From NCBI RefSeq assembly GCF_000027125.1, contig NC_017626.1: a DNA stretch of 64,000 nt; one strand, 5' to 3'. Positions 50,038 through 60,222 of this stretch are shown one piece after another. Position 1 is the stretch's first letter, and every line of letters begins with the position of its first letter. Below the pieces are notes generated by a model, which had not been told where the DNA came from, ran no database searches, and saw nothing but the letters and a program-made list of their open reading frames with translations. Made by a program: the position numbers and the translations under genes. Source of the stretch: Escherichia coli 042 (lineage in GTDB: Bacteria > Pseudomonadota > Gammaproteobacteria > Enterobacterales > Enterobacteriaceae).

Positions 50038-52918
50038 TCTTTTCACTCATCAGGGGCATTGTTTGCTGCAACGCGCTGACGTTCTCCCACACTTTCCAGC
50101 CTTCAGGATGCACATATTCGGCTTTCCCGTTCTGGCTACCGGAAATCTGCGACAGAATAGCCATGCCTTGCGGCTCGACCACCGCCTGATGGAAGAAATC
50201 GGCCAGTTTTTGCGGCGTCAGCAGTTTTATCTGGGCCACGATTTTATCACGCGAATCGAAGCGCATATTGCCGCGATCGAAATCTTTACTTAACTTCGAT
50301 GCTTCTTCGCCGAGCGTTTGCGGTGCCTGCAGCATCTGGGTAATTACCGCCTGCTGGATTTGCGCAAACTCTTCTGGCTTCATCGTCCGCAATTTTGCCT
50401 CTGCGGTTGGGAAAAACGCCTTGTAACGCTCCCACAAGAATGAAGGCTGTTTATCATTGCTTTGCAACAGGAAGCCCATGCCCCACTGACGCCCCACGCT
50501 CATTGGAAACGCAAACACGGCATAGCCCAACTGTTCTTCGGTACGCAACTGATTGTAGAACCACGGCTGTACGATCTGCCCCAACAGAGAGCTATAGGCT
50601 GAGCTGGTGTATTCATCGTAGCCAGTCGGTACAAATACCGCTGCCAGTGCGGAGTCGGTGCTGTTACCGGCTTTTTCAAAGATGACGGATTGTTTTTTAT
50701 CGACCACGACATCTTTGTTACGACACCACTCCGAACCATCAGCGCCCAACTGTTTTTGCACATCGCGTGCCAGCGTTGTTGCCTGGGCTTCGGTCATGTT
50801 GCCAATAACCATAAACTCTGGTCGAGCCCCTGATTTTAAGGCGTCGCGATAGGCCAGCACCTCTTTCAAAGTGATTGAAGGCAAAATTTTGCGCCGTTCA
50901 TCTCGCGAGAAGTACGGCACTTGCGAGAGCATCTGCGCGGGCATAATCGCCTGCTCGAACGCTTTGCCCTTTTCTGCAGAATCCATCATCTGGTTATACC
51001 AGGACTTCGCCTGCTCAAGCTGATCTTCCGTAGCGGTATAGCTAAAGTAGCCCTCCAGCAGAGCCTGGAACAGCTGCGGCAGGCGCTGGGTGTAACCATT
51101 GGCATTAACCATAAGGCCGTTGTTAGCGTTGGTGGAAAAACTTATGCCACCAACCGACGCCTGGTTGCTTAACTGATCAAGCGCTAGCCCTGCGAGATAA
51201 TCATTGAGCGCAAACATCACCTGATTACGGGCACTGTCCATGGCTTTCGGGTTACGCAAAATCAGGCTGACATCAGCTTTGGGTTCGCTGGCAAAATAAC
51301 GGCTTGGCGCATAGACCACACGCAGATTCGACTCATCAACAATAAGCTCTGGATGGTCATATTTCTTCTCTGACTTAATCAGCGAGAAATCGTCAGGAAT
51401 ATAGGGGTTAAGCTCTGGCAAAGAGAGCGCAATGTCGGCGGCTTTTTTCTGCCAGTCAGCGAAAGTTTGTGCGCTAATTTTATCGACCTGATACGGCGCA
51501 TCGACAAAGTAAGCCGTTTTGTTGTGCGGCTCTTTCGGGCTGATATACCAGATACGCGCATTCTGCGGCGTCATCATCGCCAGGCGTTCTTTTACTGCTT
51601 TAGCGTCGTACCGATCGGCAATATTGACTGCATCCAGCGTATGCTCAACAGGAACGCGAATCATGGTATCTGCCAGCCATTCGACGTAATCCATATCACG
51701 GGTGATTGACGGATAACGAAAGTCGATATCCAGCACATTCGCCAGTTCATCGAAGTATTGTTTATCAATCCCTTTTTCGCGTAACAGATTGAGGTAGCTA
51801 AAAATGGCCGCCACAACCTGATCGCGATTCGCCAGACCTTTATCGGTTAAAGACGCAGAGATCGCTAATACGCCGCTGTTGCCGTTGACGATAGGATCGG
51901 AATTGGCGCTAATGCCCTCAACTAATCCCTGCTTTTGCAGCCAGTCAGAAAGTGTACCTGGGCTGCGATTACCAATCAGATAGGTAATCAATTCATCCGT
52001 TTTACTACGGAACTTCGCTGAATTGTTATCGATGCGAAACTCAACGCGCAGAACTTTACGCGGCAGCGCCGGGACGTAATGAATGATAATGCCCTTTTGC
52101 GCGTCGGTGACTACCGGCACGGTGATTTCCGGTTTTTTGCTCTCTTTGTTCGGCACGCGACCAAAGGTGTCCGCCGCCATTTTTGCCAACTCCGGCAGCG
52201 GTTTATTGCTGTAAATAACCGCCTTCATCAGATTGGCAGAGTAATATTTCTCGTGAAAATCTTTCAGCGCCTGCTGCACCGGATTTCCGGGTTTGTCGCT
52301 TAAAGTTTCGAGGTTACCACCAGAAAACTTTGAACCGGGGTGTGCCGGGTTAATGGTTTCTGCGCTGACCTGTGCCATGCGCATCCCGTCACGCGTACGC
52401 GCCATGGTTAATTCGGCATTCACTGCATTACGTTCACGTTCGGCGTATTTCTTGTCGAGCAAGGGTTCTGCAATAGCGTCCGCCAGGCGGTCTACCGCAC
52501 CGGGCAAGGCGTCGTTCTCAACTTCCAGATAGAAAGCCGTGCGATACGGTGCCGTGCTGGCATTGTGACTGCCGCCGTGCATTTTGAGATATTCGGCCAG
52601 ACTGTCAGCCTGCGGGTACTTTTTCGACCCCATCAGACTCATATGTTCAAGGTAATGTGCCAGCCCCTGGTACGCCTCGGGATCTTCCAGCGACCCAACG
52701 GGCACTACCAGCGCCGAGAGCGATTTAACCGCCTGCGGATCAGAAACCAGCAAGACCACCATACCGTTATCCAGACGTATAGCCTGATACTGGCGGTTAT
52801 CTTTATCACTTTTACGGATGGTTTCCTGAATCGGCTGCCATCCCGTTTCTGCCTGACTTAAGGGTGCCCAAAGGGCAACAAACAACAATAATGCTTTGAA
52901 CCAGGTGCTGCGGGGCAT
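50030..52918 (-). CDS. ptrA: Protease III (pitrilysin), M16 zinc metalloprotease
   Basis: 962-aa ORF with signal peptide and inverted zinc motif HYLEHM; lies between recC and recB. Confidence 0.93.
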   Translation of the reverse strand: MPRSTWFKALLLFVALWAPLSQAETGWQPIQETIRKSDKDNRQYQAIRLDNGMVVLLVSDPQAVKSLSALVVPVGSLEDPEAYQGLAHYLEHMSLMGSKKYPQADSLAEYLKMHGGSHNASTAPYRTAFYLEVENDALPGAVDRLADAIAEPLLDKKYAERERNAVNAELTMARTRDGMRMAQVSAETINPAHPGSKFSGGNLETLSDKPGNPVQQALKDFHEKYYSANLMKAVIYSNKPLPELAKMAADTFGRVPNKESKKPEITVPVVTDAQKGIIIHYVPALPRKVLRVEFRIDNNSAKFRSKTDELITYLIGNRSPGTLSDWLQKQGLVEGISANSDPIVNGNSGVLAISASLTDKGLANRDQVVAAIFSYLNLLREKGIDKQYFDELANVLDIDFRYPSITRDMDYVEWLADTMIRVPVEHTLDAVNIADRYDAKAVKERLAMMTPQNARIWYISPKEPHNKTAYFVDAPYQVDKISAQTFADWQKKAADIALSLPELNPYIPDDFSLIKSEKKYDHPELIVDESNLRVVYAPSRYFASEPKADVSLILRNPKAMDSARNQVMFALNDYLAGLALDQLSNQASVGGISFSTNANNGLMVNANGYTQRLPQLFQALLEGYFSYTATEDQLEQAKSWYNQMMDSAEKGKAFEQAIMPAQMLSQVPYFSRDERRKILPSITLKEVLAYRDALKSGARPEFMVIGNMTEAQATTLARDVQKQLGADGSEWCRNKDVVVDKKQSVIFEKAGNSTDSALAAVFVPTGYDEYTSSAYSSLLGQIVQPWFYNQLRTEEQLGYAVFAFPMSVGRQWGMGFLLQSNDKQPSFLWERYKAFFPTAEAKLRTMKPEEFAQIQQAVITQMLQAPQTLGEEASKLSKDFDRGNMRFDSRDKIVAQIKLLTPQKLADFFHQAVVEPQGMAILSQISGSQNGKAEYVHPEGWKVWENVSALQQTMPLMSEKNE

Positions 52919-53093
52919 TCACGGACCTCATAATCAACTTTATTTTCTGGCCAGATTCAACAGGTTAACGCAAATCATCTGCCAGAATTTAATCTTGTGC
53001 TGCACGAGTCAGCCTATGTCTATATATCCATCAGTCCGTGACTGGTGCGCATCATAAAGCAAGCAGATATATTGCGCAATTTTTATACAGCAC

Positions 53094-56000
53094 TCATGAC
53101 TGATTAAAGCGAAACAGCGGTAACAGGAAACGTTGCGACTGTTCAACGATGGCCTCCATTGTCTCTGGTGTTAATTGCCGCCAGAGCCGTTGATACCAGA
53201 CATCATCACCTTCGCCACGCACCATCATGTTGCCTTCGTAAGCCTGAAGGAATTTCGTACGGGCTTTTTGTAACGTGGAATCGTCATCCAGCATGGCATC
53301 GTTTTGCGCGTCATAACAGGTTTTTAGCCACGCGCCGCCACTTTCAGGTAACACCAGCAATGGCGCGGACATTCCTTCACGATACCCCTCAATCAGTTGT
53401 GAGAGGTAATGCAAAGCCTGTTCGGCTGCAAGCGGCGGAAAACGCCACTCGCCGTCTTTGCGTAGAAAAAGGCGACTTTCACCATTACCACCGCTGGCAC
53501 AGTAGACAAGGTGTTCCAGCCAAAGTTGCATTCCCTGCGCCACACTTAATAAAGAGGGACGCCAGCGCAACAGGCCATCCGGCTGCACCTGCGGCAACCA
53601 GCCAGTTATCTGCACACCGTTGCAGGCGAGATCAATTTCCATACTTTGCCCCGGCTGGCGACAGGCAATGACTCTGTCGGCAAGCTGCTGCATCTCCTGG
53701 CACTGTGTTTCCCAGAAAATTTCACCAAAAGCGCCATACGGTAAATCCCCTGCCGCCCGGAAGCGGCGGAACAAGCGTTCGGCATCATCCTGCTCAACCA
53801 GTGCATTCAATAACTGCTGATTGATTTGATAACGGCTAAGCCCTTCCAGAATAAATGGCTCGGTGTCGGGGATTTCGCTGTCTTCAGTACGGAAGTTCAC
53901 CTGCAAACGCATCTGGAAGAACGCCCGTACCGGATGTGCCCAGAATCGTTGTAGCGTTTCCAGCGGCACGGTTTCCGGTAAGGTAAACGGCAGCGGCTGA
54001 ACAAATTCAGAATGTGCTTTACCAGCCTGGCTGGCCGCAGGTAGCCATTCACGAGCATAGCTTTGTCGTTCGCCTGGCTGGTAGTTTTGCGGATCAAACG
54101 GCATCCGGGTATGGAGGCAAGTAAGATGCGCTTTTACCCTTGCCTCGCTTTCATCACAGTTGAGCGCTTCATCGCCCGGTAGATAATGGCTTTGCCCGAT
54201 GTAGTCGATCAGTTCCTGCACCAGTACCGACGGGAAACGTTCACTGTTATCCTGAATAGAACGCCCGATATAGCTGATATAGAGTTTTTGCTGCGCGGAA
54301 ATTAACGCTTCCAGGAACAGATAGCGGTCGTCATCGCGACGGCTACGGTCGCCACGCTTCGGTTTCTGGCTCATCAGGTCAAAGCCCAATGGCGCAAGCT
54401 GGCGTGGATAAACGCCGTCGTTCATTCCCAGCAGGCAAACCACTTTGAATGGGATGGAACGCATTGGCATCAGAGTACAAATGTTAACCGGTCCGGCGAG
54501 AAAACGCTGGCTGATACGTTCCTGATCCAGGCGCTGTGCCAGTTCATCACGCAATAGTGACAGCGGCACCGCGTCGCCATACTGCGCACCTAAACCTTCG
54601 GCGATAATCGCCTGCCATTGTTGTTCGATCAGCGTCATCGCCGCTTCGGTTTCCGCATCCGGCAGGAAGAAGGCGTTGAGCATATCGCGACAAACCGGCA
54701 ACCACTCTTCCAGCGGACGCTCCTGCGCCAGCCCGCGACGCCAGATGTTTAGCTGCATTAGCAGTGAAGCCAGATGCCCCACTAGTTCTGCAATTAAGCC
54801 GCTCGATTCATCATAAGGTAGAACCGATTGCCACTCGCCCTGCGCGCTCTCCATCGCGTAGCCCAGCAACATACGCGTCAGGCCAAATCGCCAGGTGTGT
54901 TGTCCGGTGGCGGGGAGTTCCAGCTCGCGAACGTTGTCGTCATCTATCCCCCAACGAATGCCAGACTCGTTGACCCACTGGCGTAAATAACGCAGCCCTT
55001 CTTCGGTGATGTCAAACCGCGCCGCCAGCACCGGCACATCCAGTAATGCCAGAACGTCCTCCGACACAAAGCGACTGTCAGGCAGTGATAACAGGCTGAT
55101 AAACGCTTCAAGTACAGGATGCGACTGCCGCGCCCGACGGTCGGAAATGGCGTAAGGTAGGTAACGATCCGCAGGTGCGCTACCAAACACAGCCTGAATA
55201 AACGGACTGTAGCTGTCGATGTCGGCCACCATCACGATGATGTCGCGCGGAGTGAGTGTCGGGTCTTCCTCCAGCATCGCCAGCAGGCGATCGTGTAAAA
55301 CTTCAACTTCGCGCTGCGGGCTATGGCAAACGTGGAAGGTGATACTGTTATCCAGTGGATCAAGCAGGCGTTTGTTATCGCTACGGGAAAACTCTTCGAT
55401 ATTCACACCCGCAACGGCGCGATTTTCCAGTTCCAGAATGTCAGACTGAATGTTATGCAGCAGGTTGTCTGGCGTCACATCGACAAAAGCGTCCAGTTCC
55501 TGGCTGCCCTCCAGGTCAGAAAGGAGATAAATGTAGTCGCGCCCCAACTTGCCCCATGAGGCCAACAGCGGGTTGCCGACATCCTGTTCACCATCGCTGT
55601 TAAAGAGCTGTCCGGCATTTTCGCTGTCGCGAAATAGCGGTAATTCGCGATCTTCAAAACTGTGTCGGCGCTGACGAGTCAGTAGTTTCGCCAGATAAGC
55701 AGGATCTTTAATGTCGCCCCAGTAATAACGGCAGGGGTTGGTAAACAGGAGATGGATTTCAATATGTTTACCCAGCGCCTGTAGCGCCTGGAGATAAACA
55801 GGCGGTAACGCGGAAATACCGCATATAAAGACGCGCGAAGGTAGCCCCGGCGGGCAGGTCGTCGCGGACTCCAGCGTTTCGATAAAGCGCTGATAGAGAT
55901 TGGCGCGGTGCCAGCGCGGTTGCCCGAGTTCATGGGTATATTCCACCAGCGCCTTCCACAACGGCGCTTGCCAGGCCTGCGCCTCTCCAAGTCCTTCTAC

Positions 56001-56462
56001 CAGATTCCCGGCTTCCCACTGTGCCAGCCAGTCCGGGCGATAGACCAGATACTGGTCAAACAGGTCCGCCGCTTTTGAGGAAAGCTGGAACAGTTTTCGC
56101 TTGTCGCTATCGTCAGCCAGATAATGCCGCAACAGGGTAAAGTCTTCGCGATCCAGCAATTGCGGCAACAGAGTCATCAGTTTCCAGCTCATGCTCTGTT
56201 TGTTAAAGGCGCTCTCTTTGGGGATCTCCGGTAACACCCGGACGAACATATCCCAGATAAAGCTCGCAGGCAGCGGAAAATCAATGTTTGCCGCAATACC
56301 AAACTTTTGCGACAGGGTCATTTGCAGCCACTGCGCCATACCGGTACTTTGCACCAGAATCATTTCTGGTTCGAAAGGATCGTCCAGCCGTTCGCATTCG
56401 ACGATGAACTCCATCAACTCTTCCAGCACGTCCAGACGATTGGAATGGTAGACCCTTAACAT
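53094..56462 (-). CDS. recC: RecBCD subunit RecC
   Basis: 1122-aa ORF; synteny. Confidence 0.95.
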   Translation of the reverse strand: MLRVYHSNRLDVLEELMEFIVECERLDDPFEPEMILVQSTGMAQWLQMTLSQKFGIAANIDFPLPASFIWDMFVRVLPEIPKESAFNKQSMSWKLMTLLPQLLDREDFTLLRHYLADDSDKRKLFQLSSKAADLFDQYLVYRPDWLAQWEAGNLVEGLGEAQAWQAPLWKALVEYTHELGQPRWHRANLYQRFIETLESATTCPPGLPSRVFICGISALPPVYLQALQALGKHIEIHLLFTNPCRYYWGDIKDPAYLAKLLTRQRRHSFEDRELPLFRDSENAGQLFNSDGEQDVGNPLLASWGKLGRDYIYLLSDLEGSQELDAFVDVTPDNLLHNIQSDILELENRAVAGVNIEEFSRSDNKRLLDPLDNSITFHVCHSPQREVEVLHDRLLAMLEEDPTLTPRDIIVMVADIDSYSPFIQAVFGSAPADRYLPYAISDRRARQSHPVLEAFISLLSLPDSRFVSEDVLALLDVPVLAARFDITEEGLRYLRQWVNESGIRWGIDDDNVRELELPATGQHTWRFGLTRMLLGYAMESAQGEWQSVLPYDESSGLIAELVGHLASLLMQLNIWRRGLAQERPLEEWLPVCRDMLNAFFLPDAETEAAMTLIEQQWQAIIAEGLGAQYGDAVPLSLLRDELAQRLDQERISQRFLAGPVNICTLMPMRSIPFKVVCLLGMNDGVYPRQLAPLGFDLMSQKPKRGDRSRRDDDRYLFLEALISAQQKLYISYIGRSIQDNSERFPSVLVQELIDYIGQSHYLPGDEALNCDESEARVKAHLTCLHTRMPFDPQNYQPGERQSYAREWLPAASQAGKAHSEFVQPLPFTLPETVPLETLQRFWAHPVRAFFQMRLQVNFRTEDSEIPDTEPFILEGLSRYQINQQLLNALVEQDDAERLFRRFRAAGDLPYGAFGEIFWETQCQEMQQLADRVIACRQPGQSMEIDLACNGVQITGWLPQVQPDGLLRWRPSLLSVAQGMQLWLEHLVYCASGGNGESRLFLRKDGEWRFPPLAAEQALHYLSQLIEGYREGMSAPLLVLPESGGAWLKTCYDAQNDAMLDDDSTLQKARTKFLQAYEGNMMVRGEGDDVWYQRLWRQLTPETMEAIVEQSQRFLLPLFRFNQS

Positions 56463-56474
56463 AGCGGCTCCTGA

Positions 56475-56798
56475 CTACTGACGATTCGGGCAATGCAGGC
56501 GGGTCATCTCGCCTTCTCTGCCCCCGGGTGAAACTAGCGTAACGCTGATGCTGACACATCCCGCCTGCGATGTCTGCATTCGGTTGACCTGCCAGTTGGC
56601 AGGTGGCGAAATCGCACGCAGTTGCGTTTGCTGCCAGCCATGCCGCCAGAGCTGTTGGTACTGGTTTCTGCTGGCAAGACTGTTCATTAATGTTCGCTGG
56701 AAACCCGATAACGCAGTGACAATCATCACCATCAACACCATCGCCAACATTACCTCCGGCAGGCTAAAGCCTTGTTGATTCTTCAGGGAAGCTGACAT
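56475..56798 (-). CDS. ppdC: Prepilin peptidase-dependent protein C (pseudopilin-like)
   Basis: 107 aa from ATG at 56798 ([27 protein letters not shown], prepilin-type N-terminus). Confidence 0.8.
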   Translation of the reverse strand: MSASLKNQQGFSLPEVMLAMVLMVMIVTALSGFQRTLMNSLASRNQYQQLWRHGWQQTQLRAISPPANWQVNRMQTSQAGCVSISVTLVSPGGREGEMTRLHCPNRQ

Positions 56799-57190
56799 AA
56801 CGCCCTCTCTTTCAGCGGACAAAAATCGCTCCAGCCGCGTGGCGAAAAAACAATGTTTCCATCGATGACTTCGCCTGTTCGCCACAACGAAACGCCTTCA
56901 TAACCGGCAATCAATAAGGCTTCATTATCTGCCAATAAACGCAGACAAACCCGGGCACCGGTGGCAGCGTACAGTAAGCACTGAACTGCGGGCTGCGTCT
57001 GCCAGGAGTGCATTTTTCCCCACTCCAGCGCCGACTGAACGATGGCCTGGCGGCGCAATGACTGACTTTCCATGCTCACGCGAGAGGCAAAACTGCGATC
57101 CTGTTGGCTCATTCCTTGTAATAGCAAGCTACCCAAAACCAGCAGCATAAGGACCAGAGCCAGTGACGAAACACCCTTTTCGCGGTTCAC
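56783..57190 (-). CDS. ygdB: Uncharacterised protein YgdB (DUF2509)
   Basis: 135-aa ORF overlapping both neighbours. Confidence 0.8.
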   Translation of the reverse strand: MNREKGVSSLALVLMLLVLGSLLLQGMSQQDRSFASRVSMESQSLRRQAIVQSALEWGKMHSWQTQPAVQCLLYAATGARVCLRLLADNEALLIAGYEGVSLWRTGEVIDGNIVFSPRGWSDFCPLKERALCQLP

Positions 57191-57750
57191 AGGTTGGATC
57201 CTGTCACGCTATAGCTGGCATCTACCACGGTTTGCGGATCAGCCTTGCTGGCAGCGTGCATATTAACCGTCAACACCGGCGAGAAACCGCTGACATCCTG
57301 TCGGGTAACCTGAAAAGTGTCGATAATGATGGCATCCGGATTAGTGACTTTATCCCAGCCCTTACCTTCACAGGATGTCGCACCGCGTAGCGTTTCCAGC
57401 ACATGCTCCTTCAGACGAAATCCAATCTGGTCGGACTCTTTTACCGGTTCGCGATCCCAGATACCGTTACTGTTCGCATCCCACTGCACAATGATACAGT
57501 CACCCTGTCCGACAATTTCCAGCCCTTCGCCGGTACAGCTGCCATGACAATAACCCGCCCTCTGGAGATGCTTCGCGACGGTAAATACCCGCAGCCAGAT
57601 TTCATCTTCCAGCGCCAGCTTACGGGTGCTCGTTAAACTTTCACGCTGTAACGCAGGCAGAAAGCGTGCTGCCCCCAGCAACAATACGCTACTGATCGCC
57701 ATAGCAATCAACACTTCCAGCAGAGAAAAACCTAGCTCTTTTACAGGCAT
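57187..57750 (-). CDS. ppdB: Prepilin peptidase-dependent protein B (pseudopilin-like)
   Basis: 187 aa from ATG at 57750 ([24 protein letters not shown]). Confidence 0.8.
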   Translation of the reverse strand: MPVKELGFSLLEVLIAMAISSVLLLGAARFLPALQRESLTSTRKLALEDEIWLRVFTVAKHLQRAGYCHGSCTGEGLEIVGQGDCIIVQWDANSNGIWDREPVKESDQIGFRLKEHVLETLRGATSCEGKGWDKVTNPDAIIIDTFQVTRQDVSGFSPVLTVNMHAASKADPQTVVDASYSVTGSNL

Positions 57751-58211
57751 CCTTCTGTTTCTCCTTGCTGACAAAGCCGGAGTCTTCCCCACGGCGAAAC
57801 CACCAGCCACCACTCGCCCGTTGAGTTTTTGAAGCGAATATGCCCGGCCCATGCGGTATTGCGCAGGCCAAAGAAAGCAAGCGAAGGTGTCAGGTCGCTC
57901 ATTTCGACTTCGGGCCAGCGTGGCACAAAGACCAATGGTGAACTGCCATGACAGGTATTGGCCCCAGCAGCGGAACTCACAAGGCACCATAACGCCCCCT
58001 CCCTGATAACGCTGATACTGTGGTCGCGGTTATGCCAGTTGGCATCTTCACGTAAATAGAGCAAATAGTCCCGCGCCTGGCTGGCGGTTTGCCATAGCCG
58101 TTGCGACTGCTGCCAGTATTGCCAGCCATAGAGTCCACTTGCGCTTAGCATGACCAAAATCAGCATCGCGACCAGCGTTTCAATCAGCGTATAACCACGT
58201 TGTGTTTTCAT
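57741..58211 (-). CDS. ppdA: Prepilin peptidase-dependent protein A (pseudopilin-like)
   Basis: 156-aa ORF ([22 protein letters not shown]). Confidence 0.82.
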   Translation of the reverse strand: MKTQRGYTLIETLVAMLILVMLSASGLYGWQYWQQSQRLWQTASQARDYLLYLREDANWHNRDHSISVIREGALWCLVSSAAGANTCHGSSPLVFVPRWPEVEMSDLTPSLAFFGLRNTAWAGHIRFKNSTGEWWLVVSPWGRLRLCQQGETEGCL

Positions 58212-58346
58212 GCCGGCAGTATGGGGCGAGGAGAAAAAAAGACGAGGGCCAGTTTCTATTTCTTCGGCGCATCTTCCGGACTATTTACGCCGTTGCAGGA
58301 CGTTGCAAAATTTCGGGAAGGCGTCTCGAAGAATTTAACGGAGGGT

Positions 58347-58374
58347 AAAAAAAACCGACGCACACTGGCGTCGG
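58347..58374 (-). terminator. Rho-independent terminator downstream of thyA
   Basis: On the minus strand, stem ccgacgc/gcgtcgg with 6-nt loop followed by U8. Confidence 0.6.
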
Positions 58375-58395
58375 CTCTGGCAGGATGTTTCGTAA

Positions 58396-59190
58396 TTAGA
58401 TAGCCACCGGCGCTTTAATGCCCGGATGTGGATCGTATCCTTCAATCTCAAAGTCTTCGAAACGGTAGTCGAAGATGGATTCGGGTTTACGTTTGATAAT
58501 CAACTTCGGCAGCGGACGCGGTTCGCGGCTTAATTGCAGATGAGTTTGATCCATATGGTTGCTGTACAGGTGCGTGTCGCCACCGGTCCAGACAAAATCA
58601 CCCACTTCCAGATCGCACTGCTGCGCCATCATATGCACCAGTAACGCGTAGCTGGCAATGTTGAACGGCAGCCCGAGGAAAACGTCACAGGAGCGCTGAT
58701 AAAGCTGGCAAGAGAGTTTGCCGTCTGCCACATAGAACTGGAAGAATGCATGGCACGGTGCCAGCGCCATTTTATCCAGTTCGCCTACGTTCCACGCTGA
58801 AACAATAATGCGGCGGGAATCCGGGTCGTTTTTCAGCTGGTTCAATACCGTAGTAATCTGGTCAATATGACGACCATCTGGCGTTGGCCAGGCGCGCCAC
58901 TGTTTACCATACACTGGCCCGAGGTCGCCATTTTCATCGGCCCATTCGTCCCAGATGGTGACATTGTTTTCGTGTAGATAAGCAATGTTAGTATCGCCCT
59001 GCAGGAACCACAGCAGTTCGTGGATGATGGAACGCAGGTGGCAACGTTTGGTTGTCACCAGCGGGAATCCATCCTGCAGGTTAAAACGCATCTGATGACC
59101 AAAAATGGAAAGCGTTCCGGTTCCGGTACGGTCGTTTTTCTGTGTGCCTTCGTCGAGCACTTTTTGCATCAGTTCTAAATACTGTTTCAT
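58396..59190 (-). CDS. thyA: Thymidylate synthase
   Basis: 264-aa [39 protein letters not shown]. Confidence 0.96.
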
Positions 59191-59196
59191 GGTTCC

Positions 59197-60072
59197 TCAG
59201 GAAACGTGTTGCTGTGGGCTGCGACGATATGCCCAGACCATCATGATCACACCCGCGACAATCATCGGGATGGAAAGAATTTGTCCCATGCTGATGTACT
59301 GCACCCAGGCACCAGTAAACTGCGCGTCGGGCTGGCGGAAAAACTCAACAATGATGCGAAACGCGCCGTAACCAATCAGGAACAAACCTGAGACAGCTCC
59401 CATTGGGCGCGGTTTACGAATATACAGGTTGAGGATAATAAACAGCACTACACCTTCCAGCAACAGCTCGTAAAGCTGTGATGGGTGGCGCGGCAGCACA
59501 CCGTAAGTATCGAAAATGGATTGCCACTGCGGGTTGGTTTGCAGCAGCAAAATATCTTCTGTACGGGAGCCAGGGAACAGCATGGCAAACGGGAAGTTCG
59601 GGTCAACGCGGCCCCACAATTCACCGTTAATAAAGTTGCCCAGACGCCCGGCACCAAGACCAAACGGAATGAGTGGTGCGATAAAATCAGAGACCTGGAA
59701 GAAGGAACGTTTAGTACGGCGGGCGAAGATAATCATCACCACGATAACGCCAATCAGGCCGCCGTGGAAGGACATGCCGCCGTCCCAGACACGGAACAGA
59801 TACAGCGGATCGGCCATAAACTGCGGGAAGTTGTAGAACAGAACATAACCAATACGTCCACCGAGGAAGACGCCGAGGAAGCCCGCATAGAGTAAGTTTT
59901 CAACTTCATTTTTGGTCCAGCCGCTGCCCGGACGATTCGCCCGACGTGTTGCCAGCCACATTGCAAAAATGAAACCCACCAGATACATCAGGCCGTACCA
60001 GTGAAGCGCTACGGGTCCTATTGAGAAAATGACCGGATCAAACTCCGGAAAATGCAGATAGCTACTGGTCAT
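59197..60072 (-). CDS. lgt: Phosphatidylglycerol:prolipoprotein diacylglyceryl transferase
   Basis: 291-aa polytopic ORF immediately upstream of thyA. Confidence 0.95.
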
Positions 60073-60222
60073 CTGTCACCACAAGTTCTTGTTATTTCGC
60101 TGAAAGAGAACAGCGATTGAAATGCGCGCCGCAGGTTTCAGGCGCTCCAAAGGTGCGAATAATAGCACAAGGGGACCTGGCTGGTTGCCGGATACCGTTA
60201 AAAGATATGTATATGATCCGCG

